From Paraspadella gotoi (Eukaryota; Animalia; Chaetognatha): DNA of 64,000 nucleotides. The stretch is from the NCBI GenBank assembly GCA_051294375.1, contig CM119268.1, positions 16,045,528 through 16,109,527 on the forward strand, read 5' to 3'. The position numbers and the translations under genes are program-made. Below the pieces are notes generated by a model, which saw only the letters and a program-made list of their open reading frames with translations, searched no databases and was not told where the DNA came from. Below, piece after piece: positions 11,551 through 25,056 of the stretch (position 1 is its first letter; every line of letters begins with the position of its first letter).

Positions 11551-14500
11551 ATGATTTTATGAGATGATTCCAAATTAACTTCCAAACCGTTACATGACCA
11601 TTGTTTGCCGGGCGCATGTAGACGACGACGACGACGACGACGATGACTCAGAAGAAATTTTCTTAAACTTGAAGGCTGAAGCACAAAGAAAAAACCTACG
11701 GCGACAAAACAATTTTGTTTTTCAAAATCTTTTTCTTTCGTATCAGCGAATCAGATTTTTGTCGATAAAGTTTCGCGTAGATGTTTCCCCATTGTTGGGA
11801 CTACGACGACAACAACGAGGACCAAAATAACGACAACAACGACGTGCCTCGCTGCTTAAAACGAAAGGGAAATTAAAAAAGAAAAAAAAAAGGGAATTGA
11901 TCGTTAGATTTTCATCATCTGTTATTAAACAAAAGAACTAGAGCATTTGGTAAAAAAGACTGGAGACGGAGAAAGGGAGGAGGAGGAGGAGGAGGGCCTC
12001 AATGGGGGGGAGAGAGACTGGCATATAAAAGCAAATTAAAGATTCAAGAGTTGAGATCGACCGCGAGGACAACAACAACGACAACGGCGAGGGACCGCGG
12101 CGGTGGTCCCAGTCCGTCTGAGTGATGAATAAATCGGTGAAATTCTGGGAGGAAAGCTTTCATTTTTAAATCACTATTAAAATCACGATTAGTTAGATTT
12201 TCTTATTAATTTCTTTGCGCATCTTTCAATTGACATTTGTGAAAAAAAAAAAGCTTCCAAATCATTGTGTTAAATTTCGATGAGAAAAAAAACTTTCCGG
12301 AAACGAATGTAAATTATTCTTTTCCAAGGATTTGAAGTGAAAAAGCCTAAGTTTAAAACAGATTAATGATTAAATGTTGACACCTTAAAAAAACTCCTTT
12401 AACTCGTCAACTTTTTTTTGCTGGTTTTGGTCAGAGTCGCTCGAAAATTTAGCCGTTAAACTTTTTTTCAACTTGTCTCAATAAAAGTATTTAGCACAAT
12501 ATAAATTAATTTTATTTGGCGTCGAAAAATTATCAAAAAAGAAACATCGCTCAATGCGTCAGTTTAAATATCGGAACGTGATAAGTATGATCTGTTTTAT
12601 ATGTCGTACACTGAGCAGTAACGATTTTAAAATGTGATAAAAATAAAAGAAAAATCGACCGACGAAGGAAAAGAAAAAAGCAATTCAATTCTTGATAAAT
12701 AATCAATAAAGTTGTCAACATATTCAAGTTTCTTTCGATGATTTTTGTTTTATTTTGAATGTGACGCCCGACTAAGTCTAAGTTTCCTTAAAAACTATAA
12801 TTTAAAGTTTTTATTTAAATATGTTTAGATAAGGTTTTATCGAATGGAGCTTTTTTACCTTTTTTTTTACAACAAAAAAATTCGAAATTGAGAAAAAAAT
12901 AACTACCGTGTAAAAAAATAAGAAAATAATCACGAGACGGTGAAAAGTTGAAATCGACTAAGTAGAAGACGCTTGCGACGACGACGATAAAGACGACGAC
13001 GACGACGACGACGACGATCTGCCTCGGTCTGACTTGAGTAAATCTTCCCTTTGATGTTATGGCCAACAATTTCTCAAATTTTATTGACTTTGTGAATCTC
13101 CTAATTACGATTGGCTACCAAAACGGAATATCGATATTTATTTAATATCGCAGGTGAAATGAGGATCACGAGTGCGTAACAATGAAAAGAAATTTTAATT
13201 TATTTTTTTCATTTTTATGAAGGCCCTACAGGTTTAGTTATTATCGAAGAATTAATATGTGCCAACTAATTAAAAGAAGACTAATATTATGAGTTGCAAT
13301 CGTCTCCTCGACTTGGTTATGAGCTCGCGACATTTGTTATCTCTCTTTCCATTTTATGTCTAACTCGGGTTGTTTATTACGGTTTTAATACGCGGAAAAA
13401 AATGATTCGCGGTTAACATCTCGTTAAGACAAAAATTATGGCAATATTATAAAAAAGTAAAAAAAACAAAAAAACTAAAGAATTTTGTAAAAAGTTGAAA
13501 CGCTTTAAAAATCAAAACGAAGAAAGTTTGAAATTTAAAAAAAATAATGACTTGACGGAGCGAATTAATTAAATAACTAAATAAAATTAAAAAAATACTG
13601 TACATCAAAGGAATTGTTCTTTTTAAGCGGAAAATCCTATCTGACTGAAATCAATGATAATTTTGTCATGACGTAATCCTTAATTTTCGCTAAGAAGTAA
13701 TTATTAAGTATGCTATTTTAGTTTTGCCCAGAATAAAGCGATCCCATGTAAAGTCTCTCTTGACTGTTAGAGCGATCCAAACTAAGGCGAAAGAAAATTG
13801 GCGAATTTGCGATCAAAACCTCGAAACTGTAGGGAATTATCTAAAAAGCAAATCGCGCTACGTACAAAGTTAAAGCGAATCTTTTTTTATCGAAATTGAA
13901 AATAAATGAAAGCAACAGACGTCGGTTCAAATCAAAACAAAGACGAGTTTTTTGAAGTCTTTGCATAAACATCGGGACGCCGTCGAAGTCGCTGTCGTCG
14001 TCGTCATCGTCGTCGACATCATGATCGTCGTCATCATCGTCGTCGACATCATGATCGTCGTCAAAAGATGGATGTCCGCAAGTTGAAACATCGAACGCGT
14101 TTATTGTCGAATAGAAATGTTAATAACAAGAGACTCATTCTCTGCTTCGACTGGAACAGATAGGGAAAGGGTTTTTATCGTCGTCCTTTTCGAAATCATC
14201 ATTTGCGAGTTATCAATGTGACACTCATTATAATCGTTATCATATTATTTTTTAAATTTACTAGCGAATCAATCACAAGCTTAGTTTTATTAAACGTAAT
14301 CATAAAAACCGAATTACACCTGACGTCAGGGTCAGGATCAGGGCAACCATGTTTGCGACGTCTTCTTTATATTTTGAATGTTGTAGTCGTTGTCATTCCT
14401 ATTCTTCGTCATCGTCTTCTCACGCCCCTGAAGAGGGGAGGCCCTTCTCCAGCGACGATTATGACTTACGAGTCTCTTTATCGTCGAAGGCCGCCGTTGG

Positions 14501-14867
14501 AGGATCAAGACGACGACGACGACGACAACGAAACCGACGGTGACGAACAAAAAGGATAACGAAGAAGACGATGACAATGATGGGGGTGGCGCAAGATGAC
14601 AGGTACGACGAAGAAAGGGAAAGCGGGTAATGACAATAACAACAACAACGAAATTGGATAATCTTAAATCTTTACTCTCTGAATAAAGTGATTTGAGATT
14701 AAAAACGTTAAAAAAATTTATCAGAAATTTCAAATTGTGATTCAGGCGACACGGTAGAGTTGAATCAGATCTGAAACTCGGAATTCTTTCTTCTTTTATG
14801 TTTTCTATATTTCCTTTGTTATGCCTTTTTTTTTTTCTTTCTTTTCTTGTTCTTTCTTTTCCTTTCT

Positions 14868-14904
<37 letters not shown>

Positions 14905-17254
14905 ATTTGCTTTCCCACCAACAGAGAAAATGAGGGCCGAAAATTCCCGGCCAAAACTGGACCGGTCTGCAGGCAGTGAGGCGTTGGGGGGGGGCGTTAT
15001 CCCAGGCGACTGAGAGGTCAGTCTGGCAAGGACTCGGTTTTTTCGGAGGCAGACATTGACTCATTCGATAACCGAAAAAGATGAAAAGGATGAAGGCATC
15101 AGGGACGACGTTGACGACGATAAAGACGACGATTATTCGAAATTAAAAACAACAACAACAACAACGACGACCAAAAACCAGGAAACATTGTCGTCGTTTT
15201 GATTTGTTTTGATATTCTGCTTCTCAATTTCTCATTCCTCGTTCCTCTGTTGCTTTCGGAAAAAAAAATCATATGGAAATCGCAATACCGATTTAATTCG
15301 TTCGTTCCTTAGTTCTTTCGTTTTATTAATTTAAATGTCGGTTTTTGTTTTTTGTATTTGTATTAAAAAATATTATAATCAATTAACTATTTATTGCGTT
15401 AATAGTCGAATGAATTGATTGATTTATTTTAATAGTTTATTCTCTCGATACGTTTGCCTAACGCGCGAAGAATAGCGCGAACACTCTCTCTCCTCTCTGC
15501 CTCTCTCTCTCACTCTCTCTCTCCTCTCTTCTCTCTCTCTCCTCTCTCTCTCTCTCCTCTCTTTCTCTCTCTTCCTCGCGAGAAATATCAACCATAGCCG
15601 TTTCCTATCTGTCGTTTTCATCGCAAATGACTAATTTCGCGTCAAGAGGAAAAACCCAGAGATTAAAAATTGATGCGACAGAGCGCCATGCAACTTCAGC
15701 GCCATCTCCGAGACTTCTTAATCAATAAAGATGCCAGCTCGACGCAAATGGCGCCATCTGGGGAAGTCATTGGAAAAATCAGCGCGTCTATGACAAGAAA
15801 ATGGTCAGAAAAGGCGATGCAGTTGGGAATAAGAGAACTGATAAAAAAATTTTCTTGCCATTGGGGCCTCAGCAAAATATCTTTTCGAAGGCCAAGTAGC
15901 ACTCGAAGTTGTGGTTCTCCGACTCATACCCGGCAAGGGCTGCCTGATTAGCAACAGATGAATGGTTTATCCGCGTTGGAGGCTGCTCAACACCGGTTAA
16001 TAAGACATTCATTGCGCTCAAGAATGTACCTTACAAGTACTTTCATGTGCAGGAGAAAATCAAATGAACCGTGTAATTCATTAAATTCAATAAAAAAAAA
16101 AAGGTAATCAAACATTTGTCACTGGTTCCTTCATTAGAGTCTATTTTAGACGGTAGGAAAATTGTTTCATCCCACAGATGAGAGCCTCTGCTTGAGAAAG
16201 CCAAAATCAATAAACGTTAGGGTTGAGCGCCAATCCATTGCTCGATGCTCATTTATTCATTTTCTATCCCATCATCAATTTACTAATTGACCTCCACACT
16301 TCCGTCGCTTCCATTCTTCTGTTGTCCATCTCTCGTCTAAAACCGAATCGAAACTCTTATTCACCCCGCGTCCGAAGAATCTTAGGGCGCAACGGAGCGA
16401 CCCGAACGGATTTCAAGCCGACCGTGTCGAATGGAAGGAAAGGGAACGGAATGAAGCAATCTCCCTCATAGTTGGACGATCTAAAAGTTTGGAAAAAAGT
16501 AGTTCCATTAAGATATTTGTTATTAACTAATTAACTGACAGGAATAAAACAGATTCAAGATACATAACTTATCGAATAATTATAAATTTGCATATTGGTC
16601 GTACCAATTTTACTCATAAAGTTAATTAATTTAAGTTTAATATCAACTTCGTCTCTTTTTCCCTCGGATTCGAATCGAAGATTTCGCGGGAAAAAGAAAA
16701 TCCGTGAATCGGAAGCGAAGGAAAAAAAAGGTGAAGACAAATGAAAGTTGGGAACAAAAAAAAAAAAAGAATAATGAGCTGTGAAGTGAAGTGAGGATGA
16801 CTTAAAATTTGGGGCAAAAGAAATCATTTCGACGAACTGAAAATAATAATAAAAAAAAAATTTGAAAGTGGAATAGATCGATGACAAAACATCCTTACTT
16901 AATGTTCATGCACTAGCCGGCTTTTCCAACGGGATCGAAAAATTAAAGTTCGCAACAACAACAACAACTACTTTCAAATCTTGGAATGATCCAATTGTCC
17001 ATGTGCTCGAGTGAATTTTATTCTCGCGAAATTGCGACATTTCACTCGGAAAGAGTAAAACAATAGGAATGAATAATCCGGATTCTTTTCTCTTTGATTT
17101 AAATGCAAATGAATTCCCCCTACAACAGCTTTCTCTCTCCGTCGCTGAGGCGCTCATCTTATCTGGGAATTTTCGATGAGGTTCGCCGCCCCCTACCGCT
17201 GCTCCGTTCATAAGGAGAGCTCACTCCTGCTGAAGGGAGAAGTAGAGGCGGAAG

Positions 17255-17259
17255 GGAGG

Positions 17260-17297
<38 letters not shown>

Positions 17298-17298
17298 A

Positions 17299-17348
<50 letters not shown>

Positions 17349-17419
17349 TGAATATTCATCATATTTTCTGCGTCACTGAGAGCGAGGCGTTATGGGTTAT
17401 GGGATGAGGGTATGCCGAG

Positions 17420-17505
<86 letters not shown>
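17255..17505. repeat. (GA)n microsatellite blocks (representative of many in the window)
   Basis: Direct reading; similar blocks at about 8420-8480, 15483-15570, 20040-20310, 47616-47780, 50703-50796 and 58335-58653. Confidence 0.95.
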
Positions 17506-17509
<4 letters not shown>

Positions 17510-17602
17510 GAGCTGGTCAAGAGATTCCTCGAGATTTTCCATTTATCGTCTACCGCGCCAGAGGTCAGCGACCTTTACAACGTTGGCGCATTACGAGTTT
17601 AA

Positions 17603-18489
17603 GGGGACCAATGAACAGGGGGGTAAAAAGAGTCTGAAAACATAACGTTTGAACCCTTTAACTTAAGCTGGTTCTGATCATATAATTTTTTCATCTATAA
17701 TCATTTGGGAAAGTAGTTAAAAAAATTCGATAAAATCAGCGAGCTTAATTTTTCTTTAAAAAATCGGTAAGAAGAAAATCTTTTCAAGTTTAAAAATTTT
17801 TTTTCCAAAAGAAGGGTAAGATCTAATTTTAAAAGATTTTCAGCTTTTATCAACAAAAATTTATTAAGAAAAAAAACTAGGAATGAATCAAAATTTAAGG
17901 TATCGACTGATTTTATTTAAACTTTCTTTTCAAATGATTCTGTAATGGTATTGAAAAATAAAACTCTTTGAAGTAATATAAATATAAAAAGAAGAGAAAG
18001 ATTCTTGTACTTTTGCTAAATTTTTAATTGTGTATAAATTAGGAATCAATATAGTTTAAACTATACATTTAAAGGATGAATATGAATATTAATTAATAAT
18101 TATTACAGTTTTGTTCTGTAAGAATAGAATTTAGGTTTGATTTGTCTGCTTTAAGTAAATATAAAAAAAAAAAAATATTAGTCTTGTAAAAGCCTTTGTT
18201 CAATGAAGGCTTAAACCTAAAATTATAGCTTGCTACAGTAAAAAATAAAAAATTGGAATTTCGTAAAAAATACTTTCTAATGCAAAAATAAAATAATGGA
18301 TTATATAAATATAGGTAGGTCAGCTAAATTTTTTTTTTCATAATTATTAAATTTTTGTTTCTTGCATATAATAAGAGATAGAATTTTTTGCCACTTTCCT
18401 GCTGCAAAGAAAAATTAATGTACGATCACCATTCAAATTCCTTTGACGACTAGACCCTTAAGACTTATGATATATTTATCATGGTCCCC
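17603..18489. mobile_element. Non-autonomous TIR DNA transposon (MITE), Kolobok-like, TTAA target-site duplication
   Basis: TTAA|GGGGACCAATGA...TCATGGTCCCC|TTAA: 11-12-bp imperfect TIRs starting with RR, flanked by TTAA. Homologous copies at 31196-32126 and 34560-35490. RR termini with TTAA fit Kolobok rather than piggyBac (CC termini). Confidence 0.8.
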
Positions 18490-19803
18490 TTAAAAAATCG
18501 CTTTCTATAAGGATTCTATAGCCAGTTTCAAAGGAAAAATAATAATAAAAAAGAAATAAAAGTTTTTACGATATTTCCATAGTTTATATTAGTCGGGGTT
18601 TTCTCATGAATAAATTGGTCCAAGACGACCTGTTTTAAAGATTAGGCTCCGGCTGGCGCCAAGTTTTTTCAGTTCGGCCTCCGGCTAATCGTTCATCGGA
18701 GCAGGGACGTGCAGCAAAGCTTGTAAGTTGTATCAAATAGTTTATCACGGCATAAAATCGTAGTAAAATAGTAAAATGGTTTACTAGTAGTTTCGAAGCA
18801 AATCTTTGGCTCTCGCTGGGACCCCGGTTTCAATCTGGTTACATTTGTTGCCCCCATCACAATCAAGTATAAAAGCTAAAGGTCAAAATGCAAAATAATA
18901 AAAAACATTGTTTCCTGACAGCCAAACAAAATTCGCCACTTCTCCGAGATGAGACAAAATTGGCATTTTTGTCGATTTCGAAAAAGAAAGCCAAAAAAAA
19001 AACCGATTAAAAAAGAGACTAAACCATCATTTCTCTTCCGATCTAAAAAGTTATTCTGCAAAAGCCGACCGGCTAACTTTACCTCCCAACTGCCTCACCC
19101 TCCCCGCACCGCTCGCGATCCGTTGTCACCGGAACTGGAATCGCCGGCGACACGCCCCCATTTGGACCCGCGCCCGCATTCGGTCGCCATAGCGACGGTT
19201 GGTCGCGTCTGCCGTCCGATGATAAAACAAATCCAGAAAAGATAAAACAAATCGCGCGAGATAGTCGCTCGTCCGAAACAGTTGTTCGGAGCAAAATAAA
19301 GGGAAAACAAATCCAAAACAAAAAAAAACGAAATAAAAGAGAGAAACATTAAATAAAAAAGAGACGATTCTAAGTTCATTAACCTTTCTACCATTTTTTT
19401 TCGGATTAACTATACATTCAAGTAATTTTTAAAACAAAACGTAAGAATAAAACGACTTGCTTCCTCCCCTCCACATCCCACCCGGGAGAAAGAAATACAT
19501 ACAGGCGAGACAAATCTAAGAAGCGAAATAACACAGAGAGAAAATAAACAAAGAGTCAAACCACAACGATTCTCTTTCGTCTTCGTCTTCGAAAATGAAA
19601 TTAGAAAAAAAGTTTTCCCGCTTCATCAAAAGATTCGCTCTTTCACCTTCTCAAATTTCTTCGCTGGTGAAATTCTTTTTTCAAATCTGACCTTTAAAAT
19701 TTTTATTTTCTTTGTTCCTTTGTGATCATTAAAACTTCATCTTCTTAATTTCCGAGATCATTAGCGGAGGACTGGGAAGTTTCTCGCCTTATTTTCGTTT
19801 TTT

Positions 19804-19867
<64 letters not shown>

Positions 19868-20680
19868 TCATTCTTTTTTCATTCTTTCCTTCTCTTTTTC
19901 TTTCTATTTTTTTTCTATCTTTTTTCATTTTTTCTCTTTTTCTTTCTATCTTTCTTTCTATCCTTCTTTCTACATTCCTTCTTTCTTGATCCCACTCTTC
20001 TTCACTGAATGTCCTTCCCACTCTATCTTTCTCGCCATCTCCTCCTCTCTCTCAAGATACATTCCTTCCTCTCTCAATTCTCCTACCTCCCTCTCTCCTC
20101 TTTCTCTCTCTCTCTTCTCTCTCGTCTCTCTCTTCTCTCTCTCTCTCTTCTCTCTCTCTCATCTTCTCTCTCTGCTCTCTCTCGTCTATTCTCTCATCTC
20201 TCGTCTGCTCTCTCTCGTCTCTCCTCTCATCTCTCTTCTCTCTCCCCTCTTTCCGTCTCCACTCGCCCTCTCTCTCCATCCCTCTCTTCTTCTCCTCCCT
20301 CTCTCTCGTCCTTCTAAAGCTGGTTCTCTCTGCACATCTTCGCCTCACTTATCTCCTCGCTCGTTACGCCATGGAGACGAAAACGAACTTCTTCTTCACT
20401 CGCGAACCTGGACGACCTTTGCACTAAATGATTTTTTACACCTTTTTCAGGAGAAAAGAAGCGGAATGAAAAGCAGAGACTTTGTGAAAGAGAGAAGAGA
20501 AAAAAAAATTGCTGGGGACGGGAATTTGTGGGCAAGGAATAGGAATGTGTAAAATGGAGAGAGAGAGAATGAGAGAGAGAGAGGAGAGAGGAGAGATTGA
20601 CGAGAGGAGAGAGGGAGAGAGATGAGAGAGAGAGATGAGAGAGAGAGAGAGAAGAGAGAGAGATTAAGAGTCAGTGAACA

Positions 20681-22262
20681 ACTTAATGACAATGAAATAG
20701 GAAAAAAAGTGCATGTGAAGCAAAGAAAGAACATAAAGCGTTCCCACACCAGTTTTCGGACCTCACCGTCCTCCCTCCCCCTTTCACTTTCACGATGTGG
20801 TTTCGATGTTTACTCTTGTGACGCTCACGCGCAATACAAGAGACAATGCTCTGGTTATGGCTCATTCCTTCCTTTCGTCGATAACGAAATAGAAAAAAAT
20901 CACAGGTGGAGCGTGTTGAAAAAAAAGTTAGGGCAGTCCGAAAATTGCGTCGTATTTCGCATCCTACAGTTTTCATGCCATACTCTTTCGCGTGGGAGCT
21001 TTCTACTTCATCGCCAGATGGAGGAGATGTTCGTCAAGTCAATGTTAGAGAGCAATATCTTTCTTTCGGCGAGCAGTGTTTAACTCAACGCTCTTCTCTC
21101 GTCTACGCTCTTCTTGTTTCCTCTTGTTTTTTTTTTATTAGTTTCTTTCATATTCTTCTGTGTTTTTGCTTTATCCTTCTCCTATGTAGCGTTTCGTCGT
21201 AATTGTCTCTTTCCTTTTTTTCTTCTCGCCTTGCCCGAGGATTCTGGGTGTGGAACTCCTATCGCGATGGCGAAAATGGAAGGCGGATAGCAGGGACATG
21301 GTGTGGGGAGAGGAGAGGATGAGACAGATGGAGCAGACGGTTAGAACTAAGGGAGAGAAGGGGCGTAAGAGGTGATCTAATGTGGTTTGGATATCTCTCG
21401 TCGCGTCTCGTCAGACGTATGGATCCCAGTTCATATCTCAATTTGTACGTCATCGTTTCTGCATGTACTGGACCATCTGTGGTCTGGGTGAGAGACAAGT
21501 CGACTCTTGCACACGATTCTCAAACTGAGAATGTGTAAGCTTTTTATCATTTTGCGTATCTCACATCTTTCTCTCATACACTCGGGAAGTATGGAATACT
21601 CTGAATTTTCTCATCAGAGACTAGAGAATGGCACTTGAATTTGAATTCGTTGCTATTTTTTTTTTCTCTAAGGATAATTCTCTATTCAACACACACACAT
21701 TGACTCAAAATCACTTCTCCTCTCNNNNNNNNNNNNNNNNNNNNNNNNNCAAAGAAAGAACATAAAGCGTTCCCACCACCAGTTTTCGACCTCACCGTCC
21801 CCCCTCCCCCTTTCACTTCACGATGTGAGTTTCGAGTCGATTTCAAGTTTCACGCTCGACGGAAACAAGAGACAAGATCTGGTTTCTCATCTTCCTTCGT
21901 CGATAACGAAATAGAAAAAAACAAAATCACAGGTGAAGCGAGTGAAAAAAAAAAGGAGGGCAGCCGAAAATTGGCTCGTATTTCGCTCCTACAGTTTCTG
22001 CACTACTTTGCTGGAGCTTTTCTTTCACTCCCATGGAGCGTGTTCGTCGTCAATTTAGGAAATATCTTTCTTCGTTTAACGTCAAAGTTTTTGTGAGTTT
22101 TCTTTTTACCTCTTGTTTTTTTTTTATTAGTTTTTTTTTTCTTTGTTTTTTCTTTCCTTCCTTTTTTAGTTTCTCTAATTGTCTCTTTCTTTTTTCTTTC
22201 CCCTTGCCCGAGGTTTCTGGGAAACTCAATCGCGAGAAAATGGAGATAGCAGGACAGGTCTG

Positions 22263-22304
<42 letters not shown>

Positions 22305-22460
22305 AGGGTAGAAAATAAGGAGAGAAGGGGCGAAGAGGCTGAGGAGGAATACTCAGTGGCTCAGACCCGAGATCCCATCTTCTCGTCTCTGTTTTCCTTC
22401 AGGACAATTCTGGGGAGACAATCGAATCTTCACAGATTCTCAAACTCAGACTTTTCACTT
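20681..22460. repeat. Local direct duplication (~20681-21530 vs ~21750-22450) across a 25-N gap; probable assembly/haplotype artefact
   Basis: Both copies start caaagaaagaacataaagcgttccca and stay colinear, differing mostly by single-base indels. Confidence 0.85.
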
Positions 22461-22480
22461 TTTTCACTTTTTTGTCTCAC

Positions 22481-22530
22481 TTTCTCAAACTCAGACTTTC
22501 TCAAACTCAGACTTTCTCAAACTCAGACTT
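22481..22530. repeat. 16-nt minisatellite (TTCTCAAACTCAGACT)x3
   Basis: Direct reading, with a further unit at about 22437-22452. Confidence 0.85.
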
Positions 22531-24660
22531 TTCACTTTCTTCTAAACAACCAACATTTCAGAGGATTACTTTTCTTGCCATTCACATTTCTTTTATTTAC
22601 ATATAATTTAATTAATGTTTCTTTTAACATTTTCATTTCTCAAATTTATTTTTTTTTGTATATCTAATACTCTTTTTGCAGACATTCACTGACTTTATCT
22701 TTCCAAATTTTCACAAAAGCTCGTTCCTCATTTTCACCGAATTTTTAAAATCCAAAGGAATCATTTGTGAATGTGTGGGTGGGAGAAAAAAAATTCTCAA
22801 CTCTCATTCAAAAGATTTTTTTTTTCTTAAGTTACAAGGAAAAAATATCATTCACATGCGTTTTAAACTTTTTTTTTGAAAGTTGAAGCCACGAAAAAGT
22901 CAAAACTGCATTTAAATTTCCTGCTTTATTTTAAAGTTGGCGCTTAATGATACGCGTCCAGCAAACAAAAACTGATGAGAAGTCTACGCAAATTAGGAGC
23001 TCATTGTAATTGTGATTGAGAAAAATGTTATGAAATTGGTACAACCAATATAAAAATTATCAATTCATTTAATAAATAAAGCTTTCAATCAAGACTCACA
23101 GTCTCGTTTATACACTTCCCGATCAATGAAGTGGTCAAATATTTCAAATAATACTGATGATACTGTGCTTTCATTTTCAAGAATTAATTCTAAAAAAAAA
23201 ATTAACATTTAAAAAAAGTGGCGTAAAAACCTTTTCACATCTTTTTTTAACATCCGGACTAGATATCACATTTCACCATCAAACGATTAAATATNNNNNN
23301 NNNNNNNNNNNNNNNNNNNNNNNNNNNNNNNNNNNNNNNNNNNNNNNNNNNNNNNNNNNNNNNNNNNNNNNNNNNNNNNNNNNNNNNNNNNNNNNNNNNN
23401 NNNNNNNNNNNNNNNNNNNNNNNNNNNNNNNNNNNNNNNNNNNNNNNNNNNNNNNNNNNNNNNNNNNNNNNNNNNNNNNNNNNNNNNNNNNNNNNNNNNN
23501 NNNNNNNNNNNNNNNNNNNNNNNNNNNNNNNNNNNNNNNNNNNNNNNNNNNNNNNNNNNNNNNNNNNNNNNNNNNNNNNNNNNNNNNNNNNNNNNNNNNN
23601 NNNNNNNNNNNNNNNNNNNNNNNNNNNNNNNNNNNNNNNNNNNNNNNNNNNNNNNNNNNNNNNNNNNNNNNNNNNNNNNNNNNNNNNNNNNNNNNNNNNN
23701 NNNNNNNNNNNNNNNNNNNNNNNNNNNNNNNNNNNNNNNNNNNNNNNNNNNNNNNNNNNNNNNNNNNNNNNNNNNNNNNNNNNNNNNNNNNNNNNNNNNN
23801 NNNNNNNNNNNNNNNNNNNNNNNNNNNNNNNNNNNNNNNNNNNNNNNNNNNNNNNNNNNNNNNNNNNNNNNNNNNNNNNNNNNNNNNNNNNNNNNNNNNN
23901 NNNNNNNNNNNNNNNNNNNNNNNNNNNNNNNNNNNNNNNNNNNNNNNNNNNNNNNNNNNNNNNNNNNNNNNNNNNNNNNNNNNNNNNNNNNNNNNNNNNN
24001 NNNNNNNNNNNNNNNNNNNNNNNNNNNNNNNNNNNNNNNNNNNATCTTTGCAACAAAAAAAAACAATAAGGCATAGGGAAAATATCAATATGAACGATGA
24101 TATCAATAGGCTATTTTAACTAAAACTGAAAGCCATATGTTATCCAGAATTTTGTCTTATAGTTAAACATCTAATCTGATTAATTAAACAGCTTAACTCA
24201 AGTCCCCAGCGACATTTTATTAAAGACTTAAAAAAGGAGCGAAACGTGAATCCCTGAAATGTTCTTCCCAAGTCGCGAAATTCCGTCACGTGTTTGATTT
24301 CGTCTAAAGTTCCTTTGAATTTCTCTCCAAAATTAAGATTCGCGCCTTTTTTTTTTAAATTTTATCCCGAGTGAATTTCATCGCCTCGAGATGAAGAAAG
24401 AGAGAGGGAAAAGAAAGAAAGAATCAGAGAAAGAGAGACGTTAGACAGAAAGAAAAACGAAAAAACAAGAAGGGAAAGAAAAAGACAGAAAGATCCAAAG
24501 ACAGAAGAAAAAAAATTATACCTAGAAAAATAAAGAAAGAGAGAGTGAAAGGTGATGCGCAAAAACGCTTATTTTTTCCGAGAAAAAAAAATTTAGGACA
24601 GACTGATCAGTGCAGTGGAACCATTTTTAAACAAGAATCCATGTAAAACTTTCATTAATT

Positions 24661-24720
<60 letters not shown>

Positions 24721-24980
24721 AATCTCTCTTTCCTTGTTGCTTTCTCCATCTATTTTTCTTTGTCGCTTTCTCTCTCTCATTTTGTTTCTTTTTATTTCTT
24801 TTTCTACGACTCTCTTGTTAAAATATTTTTAGAGTCTCCCCTAAGACATTTTAAGACGACAAAATCCCAGGGGGCTTGTCGCTACATTAATTACAGAGAG
24901 GACATGATGGAAAGACAGAAAACAAGACAAAAAATGAGGGAAAAATTATTTTAAAAAAATAAAAGCTTAAAGCAAATAAA

Positions 24981-25056
<76 letters not shown>

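Noticed and set aside
15670-16030. ORFs in a complex-sequence block
   Set aside because: Short, stop-interrupted, no recognisable domain and no partner exons.
18768-18840. tRNA/SINE-like A- and B-box words
   Set aside because: Both boxes are degenerate and no cloverleaf forms. The region also has Hox-like TTTAT/TTTAC words that are not distinguishable from AT-rich background.
19986-20552. Long Ser/Leu and Arg/Glu ORFs (also 24967-25320, 41727-41984, 47596-47853 and similar)
   Set aside because: Translations of (CT)n, (GAAA)n and (TAT)n microsatellites.
21628-21657. AATGGCAC... miR-263/183-like seed in a hairpin
   Set aside because: The hairpin is only about 30 nt, too short for a pre-miRNA, and lies in error-rich sequence.
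23157-24119. Longest ORFs in the track (also 61282-62241, 52794-53440)
   Set aside because: They are runs of N.
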